64,000 bases of DNA from Pseudomonadota bacterium (GTDB lineage: Bacteria > Bdellovibrionota > Bdellovibrionia > Bdellovibrionales > JACTMU01). This document shows, piece by piece, positions 26,880 to 36,106 of this stretch. The DNA lies in NCBI GenBank assembly GCA_014584465.1, contig JACTMU010000012.1, forward strand, positions 95,333-159,332, written 5' to 3'. Position 1 is the first letter of the stretch; every line of letters begins with the position of its first letter. The notes below the pieces were generated by a model. It saw only the letters and a list, made by a program, of their open reading frames with translations, did not search any database and was not told the DNA's origin. The position numbers were made by a program, and so were the translations under genes.

Positions 26880-27555
26880 ACAACTTTCATTTGTGAAAGA
26901 TGAAATCAGTCATGCTTGCAGACGTGTGTCTCGTTTACCTCAGGAGATTCGGCTTGTGGCCATTTCCAAGATGCAGGCATCATCGGCGATTCAAGCTGCC
27001 TTTGAGTGCGGTCAAGTTGAATTTGGGGAGAACTATGTTCAAGAGGCACAAAAAAAGATGTTGGATCTTTCCGCACTTGCAATCCAATGGCACTTTGTAG
27101 GGCACATTCAAACCAACAAGGTTAAGCAGATCGTTGGAAAATTTACCCTGATTCACTCGGTGGATCGCATTGAGGTCGCGCGGGAGATTTCAAAGTGCGC
27201 GGGCAAGCTCGGTACATCACAAGATATTTTGATCGAGGTGAACCTTGGTGGTGAACTTTCAAAATCGGGAGTCTTGCCAGATCAGGGTGAGGATTTGATC
27301 AGGGAGATCCTGCAACTGTCGCAGATTCGCATTTGTGGCCTCATGGCGCTTCCGCCGATCTCTGAAAGGGCCGAAGATTCTCGACTCTATTTTTCTCGAT
27401 TGAGAACTTTAAGGGAGACTTGGGGGCACTCTCTTGGTATCCTAGAAGAGTTGTCCGAGCTTTCCATGGGAACGAGTGACGACTACGTGGTGGCCATTGA
27501 AGAGGGTGCCACGATCGTTCGCGTTGGGACTAAGATTTTTGGGTCTCGAAGATGA
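26854..27555 (+). CDS. yggS: YggS-family pyridoxal-phosphate homeostasis protein
   Basis: 233 aa. 'LVAISKMQ', 'FGENYVQE', 'WHFVGHIQTNKVK' and 'LSMGTSDD' are present. Confidence 0.9.
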   Translation: MVGKDQIDKQLSFVKDEISHACRRVSRLPQEIRLVAISKMQASSAIQAAFECGQVEFGENYVQEAQKKMLDLSALAIQWHFVGHIQTNKVKQIVGKFTLIHSVDRIEVAREISKCAGKLGTSQDILIEVNLGGELSKSGVLPDQGEDLIREILQLSQIRICGLMALPPISERAEDSRLYFSRLRTLRETWGHSLGILEELSELSMGTSDDYVVAIEEGATIVRVGTKIFGSRR

Positions 27556-27573
27556 ACAACAGAAGGAGTCGTT

Positions 27574-28416
27574 ATGGTTTCAAGCAATCAAGAGATAGGA
27601 TTCATCGGCACGGGTCATCTTGCTCAAGCGATCATCAAGGGTCTTATTGATTCAAGTATTGTTCCCCCAGAGAAGATCATTGGGAGCAACCGGTCTCCAG
27701 GAAAGTTGCAAAAGGTTGTGGATCTCTATGGAATTCGATCTGCGCCAAATAATGAAAAGTTGGTTGAGGAGGCTCAAGTTGTCTTTGTTGCGGTTAAACC
27801 TCAGGATCTTGCCGAAGCCCTTGAGCCGATCAGCAGTCTTTTTGACAAATCTCACATCGTAGTGAGTCTGGCGGCCGGCATATCGTTAAAACAGCTGAAA
27901 CGTTACTTTCCAAATGGTTCGGCCGTTGTGAGGGTGATGACCAATACGCCGATCCTTATTCGGCGCTCGGTGATTGGATATTGTGTCTCTGAGGGGGCGG
28001 AGTATTCCAGGAACATTATCGAGAGACTACTTACGCCGTTAGGTTATCTGGTCCCTGTTGAGGAGGGAGACCTCTTTGAAGCATTGACGGTCGCCTGCAG
28101 CAGTGGAACAGGATTTGTTTTCGAACTCATGCAGTACTGGATCGAATGGCTCGAGGAGCATGGCTTTAATGAATCCGTTGCTCGTAAGATGACCGTCGAA
28201 ACCTTTTTAGGTGCGGCCTTGTTGGCCGATGGAGAAAGTCAAACAACCATAATTGAGCTTCAAAAGAGGATTGTTTCTAAAAAGGGGGTGACCGCCGCGG
28301 GTCTTGATTCTCTTCGAGAGCTCGAGGTCGAGCGTGCACTCAGGATCAGCTTTGAGAAGGCGGCTTTGCGAGATCGTGAATTAGGTAGTGGCCGGAGCGA
28401 AACCTCATTTCGGTGA
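27574..28416 (+). CDS. proC: pyrroline-5-carboxylate reductase
   Basis: 280 aa. 'IGFIGTGHLAQAI', 'VAVKPQD' and 'KKGVTAAGL' are present. Confidence 0.9.
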   Translation: MVSSNQEIGFIGTGHLAQAIIKGLIDSSIVPPEKIIGSNRSPGKLQKVVDLYGIRSAPNNEKLVEEAQVVFVAVKPQDLAEALEPISSLFDKSHIVVSLAAGISLKQLKRYFPNGSAVVRVMTNTPILIRRSVIGYCVSEGAEYSRNIIERLLTPLGYLVPVEEGDLFEALTVACSSGTGFVFELMQYWIEWLEEHGFNESVARKMTVETFLGAALLADGESQTTIIELQKRIVSKKGVTAAGLDSLRELEVERALRISFEKAALRDRELGSGRSETSFR

Positions 28417-28529
28417 ATTTGTCATAAGTTTTCCCACTAGGTAGTGCTAAGGTCTAGGTTCACGGGGGTGCAGCTTGAAGGTGGGCTCATTTCTTTCTAT
28501 TCTAGGAGAAAGTCTACCAGGAGATAGAA

Positions 28530-29033
28530 ATGAAGATAGCGCCCATTGACATTGCACACAAGGAGTTCGATCGGAAGTTCATGGGATTTGATCCTACTCA
28601 GGTCGCTCATTTTTTGACATCTATCTCATCTGAGCTTGAAGATCTCATTAAAGAGAGAAACTCTCTTAAAGAAAATTTGCGTGAAAAAGAGCTTACGGTC
28701 TTAGATTTCAAAGAACGCGAGCAGGCACTGAAAAAGACCCTTGAAACAGCCACCCAAATGGCTGAGCGAATTCGCACCGATGCGGAACGAGAGGCTAAGT
28801 TGATCGTCAATGATGCTAACTACAAGGCCGAAACCATCGTTCGAGATGCGCGTGACTCACTCAAGAGAATCTATCAGGAGATCAGTGAGTTGAAGAAGAT
28901 TCGAGTTCAATTTGAAAGCAATCTTAGGGCTCTGGCTCAAGCCCATCTGGCCATCTTGGATGAGGGCGCAAAGTACATGCCCACAACCACAAAGGGCATC
29001 CTCCCGCAGGCCGAACCGCCTCAATCGAACTAA
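28530..29033 (+). CDS. divIVA: DivIVA-domain protein
   Basis: 167 aa. The N-terminus 'IDIAHKEFDRKFMGFDPTQVAHFL' is followed by coiled coil. The yggS-proC-divIVA context fits. Confidence 0.85.
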   Translation: MKIAPIDIAHKEFDRKFMGFDPTQVAHFLTSISSELEDLIKERNSLKENLREKELTVLDFKEREQALKKTLETATQMAERIRTDAEREAKLIVNDANYKAETIVRDARDSLKRIYQEISELKKIRVQFESNLRALAQAHLAILDEGAKYMPTTTKGILPQAEPPQSN

Positions 29034-29053
29034 GACTCGCACCAGGTACTATC

Positions 29054-29075
29054 TAGTGCTTGGCGCCAAGCACTA
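29054..29075. repeat. perfect 22-bp palindrome TAGTGCTTGGC|GCCAAGCACTA abutting MITE copy C
   Basis: Read directly. It lies 20 nt after the divIVA stop and 2 nt before copy C. The junction GCACTATCTAGGGGC mirrors GCACTATTTAGGGGC at 1225..1239. Confidence 0.8.
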
Positions 29076-29077
29076 TC

Positions 29078-29176
29078 TAGGGGCAGTCCGGTAATTCCAT
29101 TTTTGCCGATTTCTATAAGTTTTCCTTATACCTTCGTTGAGCCTCCTCGAGTTAGCGCCTCTGGCTAGCCCTTCGT
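29078..29176. mobile_element. MITE-like element, copy C (left half only)
   Basis: It matches copy A 1233..1326 with 1 mismatch and continues through CTTCGT as A does after its second 19-mer (1346..1351), so C carries one 19-mer. The match ends abruptly at 29176. The kinase stop codon (29165..29167) lies inside it. Confidence 0.85.
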
Positions 29177-31105
29177 AATCATTCGGACTTGGAGTTTTTC
29201 AGATTCTTTCTTGATGGCGTCATCTTCGTATTGGCTTGAGACTAATATAGATGAGTGCGAGATGTCCATTTTTTGGATCAGCTCCAAGCCATTTTCTGAT
29301 TGTCCTAATAACTCAAAGTCAACTAAGAAAAGGACATGGTCCTTGGCGTGAGTCTGGCACCAGATTTTGAAATCCGAACCAGAGGTAAAACTCAAAATAG
29401 GTACGCCTTGAATACGGTTTTTCCAAACTTGGTGGATCGATAGATCATCGTCTAATACGACCACAAGACTGTACTTTGACATATCTAACTGTTCTACGAA
29501 CCACGATGGAGAGTCCGCTCTTGGAAGATGAAGGTCAACAATGGTCCCCTGACCGGGTACGCTTTGAATGTTCAGTGTTCCTCCAATGTTCTCGATGGTT
29601 CTTCGCGCATGAAGAACTCCGATCCCAGATCCGCTTTGACTCTCTTTTTTTCCGAAAGATACAGGCATCTCTCCGAGTCTATCTAGAACATCTTTCTGAA
29701 TTCCAACACCGTTGTCTTGAACTCTAATGTGCACTTGATTCTTTGTGCCATTTACACGAACAACAATCTTTCCATGCCTATCTATAATTGCTTCAACCGA
29801 ATTGTTTATGAGATTGGACAGTGCTCGTTTAAATTCAACCTGATCAATCCTAGCAAAGCAACCATAGGATTGATTCAGATCAGAAGATATTTCAATGTCC
29901 ATTCGGTTTCGATATTGGACTCGTTTTTCAGAAATCAGCATGTCCACAAGAACGGGGATGAGTTCTGTTGTGGCAGTTGATTTTACAGATGCCGAAGTTT
30001 CCTTGTCACCTTGTTGAGTCAATTTTGCTTTACTCAAAAGTGTATTTGCTATGTCGTTGATTCGATTAGCTGCATTACGCAGGAGCAATCTTTTTTCTTC
30101 GGGGACCTGGTCAAGAGTATTGACAACCAAGGTAAGTGCAGAAAGTGGTGATCTTATGTCATGGGAAACCTGTCTTGCAGTTTGTTCCAAGAGCAAAACT
30201 TTCTCGGATTTTAGTTTTTGCAAATGAAGTTCGTGAAGATTTCTCTCTAATGTGTCAACGGCATTTTCAAGAATTCTAATTTCATTTTTTTCACCCTCCA
30301 AAGGCGAACTTTGAGCCTTATGCAGCACCTTGTTGGATAGATCCTCAATAGGTTTGACAACGAGATCTTTGAGTCTGTGAATTCCATAAACAACTGAAAG
30401 AGTCGTAACCAAGAAGATGCCGCCCAGCATTCCAAAAAAAGAGATATAACCGTTTTCCGAATCCTTAATGGTAATTTGAATCGAATCCACCTGTTCGTGA
30501 TTTTCAAACGAGCCGACAAAGATTTTGTTCTCAAATTGACTTTCCAAATCAGAAGTGGAAATTGCAACAAAAAGAACACCTACTGTTCTAGCATTAGGGC
30601 CCGACTGCTGTTGATCATCGAGACGCACAATCTTTTTGAGAATGAGAAATCCATTTACAGAGGAATAAGGAGCTCGCTCAGTGTCTCTTAACAAAACTTG
30701 TTCTAGGTCAACTGTGGAAACGTTTCCCAAATTTCCAGTTCGAATCAACTCTTGGTAATCCTTCGATACGAGCATCCAATACGTTTGTAATGATTGTTTC
30801 TGTACAAATTCTGTAATTCTGCCATAGACACGGTTTTCAAGAAATGGACGCATGACATCGGGTGCCAATAAAAAATCCGTGACTTCAGAAGATCGCAAAA
30901 AAAGCTCTGCATCGTTTTCTAAAAAAGTGAGCTGTCTCTGAATATCAGAAACAATTTGTCGGTTTTGAAATTCAACCATATTTTTGCGACGAGTTTCAAC
31001 ATTATAAATTAAATATCCAAAGACCAACGACGCCAAACTGATGGGAAGAATGCCAACAAAAAATTGAATGGATATAAATTCTTGTTTCAAAGTTCGTCTA
31101 TTCAT
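29165..31105 (-). CDS. hybrid sensor histidine kinase (2 TM, HisKA, HATPase, C-terminal receiver cut short)
   Basis: 646 aa. H-box 'QVSHDIRSPLSAL', N-box 'NLINNSVEAI' and G-boxes 'DNGVGI' and 'GSGIGV'. The receiver is 'LVVVLDDD...FLVDFEL...SILVSS...VRMITKG*'. Confidence 0.85.
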   Translation of the reverse strand: MNRRTLKQEFISIQFFVGILPISLASLVFGYLIYNVETRRKNMVEFQNRQIVSDIQRQLTFLENDAELFLRSSEVTDFLLAPDVMRPFLENRVYGRITEFVQKQSLQTYWMLVSKDYQELIRTGNLGNVSTVDLEQVLLRDTERAPYSSVNGFLILKKIVRLDDQQQSGPNARTVGVLFVAISTSDLESQFENKIFVGSFENHEQVDSIQITIKDSENGYISFFGMLGGIFLVTTLSVVYGIHRLKDLVVKPIEDLSNKVLHKAQSSPLEGEKNEIRILENAVDTLERNLHELHLQKLKSEKVLLLEQTARQVSHDIRSPLSALTLVVNTLDQVPEEKRLLLRNAANRINDIANTLLSKAKLTQQGDKETSASVKSTATTELIPVLVDMLISEKRVQYRNRMDIEISSDLNQSYGCFARIDQVEFKRALSNLINNSVEAIIDRHGKIVVRVNGTKNQVHIRVQDNGVGIQKDVLDRLGEMPVSFGKKESQSGSGIGVLHARRTIENIGGTLNIQSVPGQGTIVDLHLPRADSPSWFVEQLDMSKYSLVVVLDDDLSIHQVWKNRIQGVPILSFTSGSDFKIWCQTHAKDHVLFLVDFELLGQSENGLELIQKMDISHSSILVSSQYEDDAIKKESEKLQVRMITKG

Positions 31106-32102
31106 AGCGCAAAGACTGCCACCATTTATTAAGCACCTTAAGCTCTTCGTTGCCAGGTGGACGAATTTCTACTGCAGATGAATCTTGAACACTCTTGAGA
31201 ATTTCCCTGTAAAGCTTGATCACCTTTGGGTGAAGGCCTTTGGTATGGTTCAGATAGGGGGAAAAATATTGTGTTTTTTCCATATTCCATTCAATGCTCT
31301 CACGATCTGTAATGGCCTCTACGATTCGGATGAGACGAGATTTCTTTTGTTTTGTATTGGAAGTGATGCAAACGTAGTCAATTCCTACAACCGGATGATG
31401 TTTTGCAGCAGCAAAAGTCAGCCACGGAACAGATACATTGCCTGATGCCGAGGCTCCTTGCCAACCGTATGTCGCAAAGTTGCCTTTTTTAATGATGTTT
31501 TCGATGCTAGATGCGAAATCCTCTTTTTTTAAAAAATTCCTATTATGTGATAGCAGAGAGACACAGTTCTTAAGTGGGTTCGTCTTTCCACAACTTTTGA
31601 CATTGTCAAGCAATAAACGCGTTGCCACTTCAAGTTGATCATCAATAACACCGATTCGTATTCCATTTTCTTTGAGTTTCACGAGGTGGAATAAGGACGC
31701 CGGTGTTTCTTTTACAAATCTTGAATCGTAACTGTATACGGTAGAAGACCAAAGATACGGTATGCAGTTGTTTTTGACGACGATATCGGTGTGGTAGTTA
31801 TCCACTCGTTTCATTTGTAATTTTCGTAACGAAACATCGTCGATTAGCTTAGATTGAAACAGAACTGGTAATATTGAATTTGAAACCACGATTATATCAA
31901 ACCCATGTGTTTTTATCGCCAACTTACTTAATGCAACTTCGTTAGATCGATATTCTACAACTTGAATCTTCTCGCCTAATTTTTCAAGCTTGAGCAAGAT
32001 TCTCTTATCAAGATAGTCCCACCAATTAAGAACCCTAACAGTTTCGGCAGAAACGCTTGTTTGCCACAAGAACATCAGTAAAATGTAGATTCGCCCGGTC
32101 AT
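31098..32102 (-). CDS. periplasmic solute-binding protein (PotD/PotF-like)
   Basis: 334 aa. The signal peptide is 'IYILLMFLWQTSVSA', and 'VRVLNWWDYL' is typical of polyamine-type SBPs. The gene overlaps the kinase start by 8 nt. Confidence 0.65.
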   Translation of the reverse strand: MTGRIYILLMFLWQTSVSAETVRVLNWWDYLDKRILLKLEKLGEKIQVVEYRSNEVALSKLAIKTHGFDIIVVSNSILPVLFQSKLIDDVSLRKLQMKRVDNYHTDIVVKNNCIPYLWSSTVYSYDSRFVKETPASLFHLVKLKENGIRIGVIDDQLEVATRLLLDNVKSCGKTNPLKNCVSLLSHNRNFLKKEDFASSIENIIKKGNFATYGWQGASASGNVSVPWLTFAAAKHHPVVGIDYVCITSNTKQKKSRLIRIVEAITDRESIEWNMEKTQYFSPYLNHTKGLHPKVIKLYREILKSVQDSSAVEIRPPGNEELKVLNKWWQSLRYE

Positions 32103-32174
32103 TTCAATTCCATTGTGTAGAAAATTATTTCGATGAATTCTAGCAACGAATTAGGGCACATATCAAATCAATTG

Positions 32175-32337
32175 TAGTCTGTTCGGAAAATTCTGCGATG
32201 CAAATTGCGAAGGTGTTTTTTATCAGATTGAATAAAAATCGACGAAGGACTAGCCAGAAGCTAATCCGAGGAGATCTTTGTTCAATCTGGTGAAAAAGAA
32301 CGAGGAAGTTGTGTCGTAGAATTTTCCGAACGGACTA
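32175..32337. mobile_element. MITE-like element, copy D (divergent subfamily, 163 bp)
   Basis: Termini are TAGTCTGTTCGGAAAATTC...GAATTTTCCGAACGGACTA. Its core CGACGAAGGACTAGCCAGAAGCTAATCCGAGGAG matches CGACGAAGGGCTAGCCAGAGGCGCTAACTCGAGGAG of copies A and B. The arms differ in sequence from A but remain self-complementary. Confidence 0.7.
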
Positions 32338-33132
32338 TATGTAGTTTTTTTTCTGCCGTATTTGAATCAAAACTTTGGAGAGCTCCTCAAAGCCCTCGCC
32401 ACCTGGTTTTTGTGTTACAAATTGAGGCTTGTGATGCATTTGGTGAACAAAGTTTTGAACATTTGCAACGCCAACTGAAAACGGAAAATATCCAAACATA
32501 GGTTCATCGTTTGGCGAGTCGCCGCAGAAGATCACCCGATCTTTGCATTCGTCCAAATTGAGTTGATGCTCATTTTGAAAATAGATCTTACAGGTCGAAA
32601 GTTTGTCGTACTCGCCGAACCATCCATTGACATGAATGGAACTTACTTTGGCTTGAGCGCCATGTTTTTGAAAGATCGAAACAATTTGATTCACGCTTTT
32701 GGGATCCAGTGGGGGGACATCTTCACAAAAATCAATGGCAAGATCCATTTGTCGACAAAACTGATCAGAAGCCACTTGAGCTCCTGGAATGTTGTTAAGC
32801 ACCTCTCCCTCGATCTTCTTAAGAAGTTGGCGGTTCTTCTTTCGCAACTCTTCCTGAACTAGATAAACGCGTTTCATCTGACCCTTGAGTTGACGAAAAT
32901 AGAGCCCTCCATTTTCACCAACAACTCCATCCACAGGCCAAAAACGAGCTATCATTTCACACCACCCCGCGGGGCGACCGGTGATGGGCACAATCTGAAA
33001 TCCGTGATCATTGAGTTTCCAAAGGGCATCGTAGGCTGGACTTTTCAATTTGCCATGATCGGTGAGGGTGTCATCGATATCGGTAAGTACCCATCGTATG
33101 GAGCTTGCATCCAGCTCCTTCAGTGACTTCAT
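32335..33132 (-). CDS. HAD-IIB family hydrolase (sugar-phosphate phosphatase-like)
   Basis: I start it at ATG 33132 (MKSLKELD...). HAD motif I is 'VLTDIDDTLTD', and 'ITGRP' and 'CGDSPNDEPMF' are also present. The stop codon is the terminal TAG of copy D. Confidence 0.8.
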   Translation of the reverse strand: MKSLKELDASSIRWVLTDIDDTLTDHGKLKSPAYDALWKLNDHGFQIVPITGRPAGWCEMIARFWPVDGVVGENGGLYFRQLKGQMKRVYLVQEELRKKNRQLLKKIEGEVLNNIPGAQVASDQFCRQMDLAIDFCEDVPPLDPKSVNQIVSIFQKHGAQAKVSSIHVNGWFGEYDKLSTCKIYFQNEHQLNLDECKDRVIFCGDSPNDEPMFGYFPFSVGVANVQNFVHQMHHKPQFVTQKPGGEGFEELSKVLIQIRQKKNYI

Positions 33133-33283
33133 GTGCCCCTCCCTCTGTTTCTCGAGTCTCAATCTTATGGAACAGACCCTAAGTCCTAACGGCATGCGTT
33201 GATTGGAATTTCCTCTTGCTTGCCCTATCTATCCAAACCATCTTATAAGCCTACCTTCTATTTACAATTTCGAAATTGGGATT

Positions 33284-36019
33284 ATGGCAAAGAGAGCGCA
33301 AACAGGAAATAAGAAGTTGGTTATTGTGGAGTCACCGGTCAAGGCGAGGACGATCAAACGTTTCTTGGGCGGGGATTATGTGGTGGAATCGTGCATGGGC
33401 CATGTGCGGGACTTGCCGCAGTCGGCTAAGGATTTGCCAGAAAGATATAAGAAGGAGTCTTGGGCTTCGTTGGGTGTCGATGTCGACCACGGTTTTGAAC
33501 CCTACTACTGTGTGCCAAAATCAAAACTCAAAGTTGTAAAGAGCCTTAAGGAGCACCTTGAAGGGGCGAATGAGCTGATTCTCGCAACCGACGAAGACCG
33601 TGAAGGAGAGAGCATCAGTTGGCACTTGGTTGAAGTTCTCAAGCCAAAAGTTCCAGTGAAACGGATGGTGTTTCACGAGATCACAAAGGAGGCCATCTCA
33701 GACGCGCTTAAGAGCTTTCGTACCATTGATCAGAATTTGGTGCGAGCTCAAGAGGCAAGAAGGATCTTGGACCGATTGGTTGGCTATACACTTTCTCCGC
33801 TCATTTGGAAAAAGGTCGCTTATGGTTTGTCCGGCGGTCGAGTTCAATCTGTTGCCGTACGCCTTTTGGTTGAGAGAGAGCTTGAGCGAATCACCTTTGA
33901 ATCATCGAAGTATTGGGGTGTTTTGGCCAATTGCAAAAAAGAGGGGGATCTCTTTGAAGCTCGTTTGGTGAGTTTGGATGGCCGTCGCATTGTGACCAGC
34001 CGCGATTTTGATCGCACCACGGGTAAGTTGAACGATAAGGGCGATCTCTTAAGTCTGGGTGAGGAAAAGGCTCAGGAGTTGGCAAAGACTCTTCTTAAAG
34101 AGAAGTGGGTTGTCTCAGACATTGAGGAAAAGCCCATCACTCGTAAACCACCACCACCTTTTATCACCTCAACTCTTCAACAAGAGGCCAACAGAAAGTA
34201 TGGATTTGCGGCACGTAAAACCATGCAGGTCGCTCAAAAACTTTATGAACGTGGTTTTATTACCTACATGAGAACTGATTCAACGGCCCTTTCACAACAG
34301 GCCATCACGGCAGCCCGTGAGTGTGTGATGGAGCTTTATGGATCTGAGTACCTTCCCAAAGAGGCTCGGATCTATTCAGGGAAGAAGGTAAAGGGTGCTC
34401 AAGAGGCCCATGAAGCGATTCGACCTGCAGGGACACGATTTGCCACACCCAGTGAGTTGGGACTTGCTGATGAGGAGTTCAAACTTTATGACCTGATTTG
34501 GAAGCGAACCGTTGCAAGCCAAATGGAAAACTGCCAACAAAAGCAGCAAAAGGTTGTGCTTCAGGTCGACAAGGCGGTCTTTCATGCTCATGGGATGGTC
34601 ATTGTATTTCCTGGTTTTCTGCGCGCCTACGTTGAGGGAACAGATGATCCAGAGGCAGCTTTGGAGGAGCGCGAAACCTATTTGCCACTTTTAAAGGTTA
34701 AAGAAGAGGTCAAGTGCGATTCACTCAAGGCCACCGATCACGAAACCAAACCGCCGCCGCGATTCACAGAGGCATCCTTGGTGCAGACCATGGAAAAAGA
34801 GGGGATTGGGCGACCATCAACTTATGCCACTGTGATCGGCACCATCATTGATCGCGGATATGCACGAAAAAATGGAAATGCGCTTGTCCCAACCTTTACA
34901 GCCATGGTGGTCTCGAAGCTTTTGAGCCAGCATCTACCTCAATATGTTGATCTTGGCTTTACTTCCCAGATGGAGAGTAACCTGGATGAAATTGCCCAGG
35001 GAGAACTTGAGTGGACTGGATACTTGAAGGGGGTCTATTTCGGAAAGGATGGGCTAAAGAATCAGGTCGAGGTGCAACAAAAGAAGATTGATCCTGATGA
35101 GGCGAGACTTTTGAAGTTGCCAGGTCTAGAGGAGTTGAACTTCCGCGTGGGTCGCTACGGAGCCTACGTTTGCAAGTCGGCTCAGAGAGGGGACAAGGAG
35201 ATTTGTGCTTCGCTCCCTGATGCTGTTGCGCCAGCAGATTTGACTTCGGAGATTGCCAATAAGTTGATTGATCAAAAGATCAATGGAGCTGACGCAATTG
35301 GAAAGGATCCTGAGAGTGGTCTGCCGGTCTATGTTTTGACCGGTCGATATGGGCCCTATGTTCAATTGGGGGACTCCGATGGCGAGAAGCAAAAGATCAA
35401 ACGTGCCACGATTCCTCCTGACAGGAAGCCCGAAGAGATCACTTTAGAAGAGGCCTGCATGCTTTTAAAACTTCCCCTTACTTTGGGCGATCATCCTGAA
35501 GTCAAGGAGCCTGTTAAGGTCGGGTTCGGCCGATTTGGCCCCTATGTGGTTTGCAAAGGGGAGTACCGATCGATCCCAAAGGGACAGTCTCTTTTTGAGG
35601 TCACTTTAGATCAGGCGCTCCATCTGTTGCGACAGCCCAAAGGACGACGTGGCCAAAAGAAGGTGATTCAGGAACTTGGAGTTCATCCATCCAATGGTGA
35701 GAAGGTCTTGGTGATGGATGGCAAGTACGGACCCTACATCAACTGTGGAAAGACAAATGCCTCTTTGAATAAAGAGAGTGATCCCACAAAAGTAACCCTC
35801 GAAGAGGCTTTGGCACTTCTTGGTGGCAAAGAAGAGAGTGGTCAAGCAACTAAAAAAAGTGGAAAATCTTCAAAAAAAGCCTCTGGGGAAAAGTCCGGGG
35901 AAAAAACGGTCGAGAGATCCGGTAAAAAGGTTGGGCGGACCACCAAGACAAGTAAGAAGGGTAAGAAGAGCTCCAAAGCGACGACAGCACGATCATCAAA
36001 AGATCGACAATTATCATAA
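33284..36019 (+). CDS. topA: DNA topoisomerase I
   Basis: I start it at ATG 33284 (MAKRAQTGNKKLVIVESPVKARTIKRFLG). Toprim 'LATDEDREGE' and active-site region 'ITYMRTDS' are present. It has four Cys-poor C-terminal repeats (GRYGAYV, GRYGPYV, GRFGPYV, GKYGPYI) and a Lys-rich tail. Confidence 0.95.
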   Translation: MAKRAQTGNKKLVIVESPVKARTIKRFLGGDYVVESCMGHVRDLPQSAKDLPERYKKESWASLGVDVDHGFEPYYCVPKSKLKVVKSLKEHLEGANELILATDEDREGESISWHLVEVLKPKVPVKRMVFHEITKEAISDALKSFRTIDQNLVRAQEARRILDRLVGYTLSPLIWKKVAYGLSGGRVQSVAVRLLVERELERITFESSKYWGVLANCKKEGDLFEARLVSLDGRRIVTSRDFDRTTGKLNDKGDLLSLGEEKAQELAKTLLKEKWVVSDIEEKPITRKPPPPFITSTLQQEANRKYGFAARKTMQVAQKLYERGFITYMRTDSTALSQQAITAARECVMELYGSEYLPKEARIYSGKKVKGAQEAHEAIRPAGTRFATPSELGLADEEFKLYDLIWKRTVASQMENCQQKQQKVVLQVDKAVFHAHGMVIVFPGFLRAYVEGTDDPEAALEERETYLPLLKVKEEVKCDSLKATDHETKPPPRFTEASLVQTMEKEGIGRPSTYATVIGTIIDRGYARKNGNALVPTFTAMVVSKLLSQHLPQYVDLGFTSQMESNLDEIAQGELEWTGYLKGVYFGKDGLKNQVEVQQKKIDPDEARLLKLPGLEELNFRVGRYGAYVCKSAQRGDKEICASLPDAVAPADLTSEIANKLIDQKINGADAIGKDPESGLPVYVLTGRYGPYVQLGDSDGEKQKIKRATIPPDRKPEEITLEEACMLLKLPLTLGDHPEVKEPVKVGFGRFGPYVVCKGEYRSIPKGQSLFEVTLDQALHLLRQPKGRRGQKKVIQELGVHPSNGEKVLVMDGKYGPYINCGKTNASLNKESDPTKVTLEEALALLGGKEESGQATKKSGKSSKKASGEKSGEKTVERSGKKVGRTTKTSKKGKKSSKATTARSSKDRQLS

Positions 36020-36106
36020 AATTGAAGGTTTCCTCGAGTCTAACCGAAAGTATTAGGGATGTTTCATTAAGACCATTTCGTTTTTGCAGTGTAGGAAAGG
36101 TAATTT

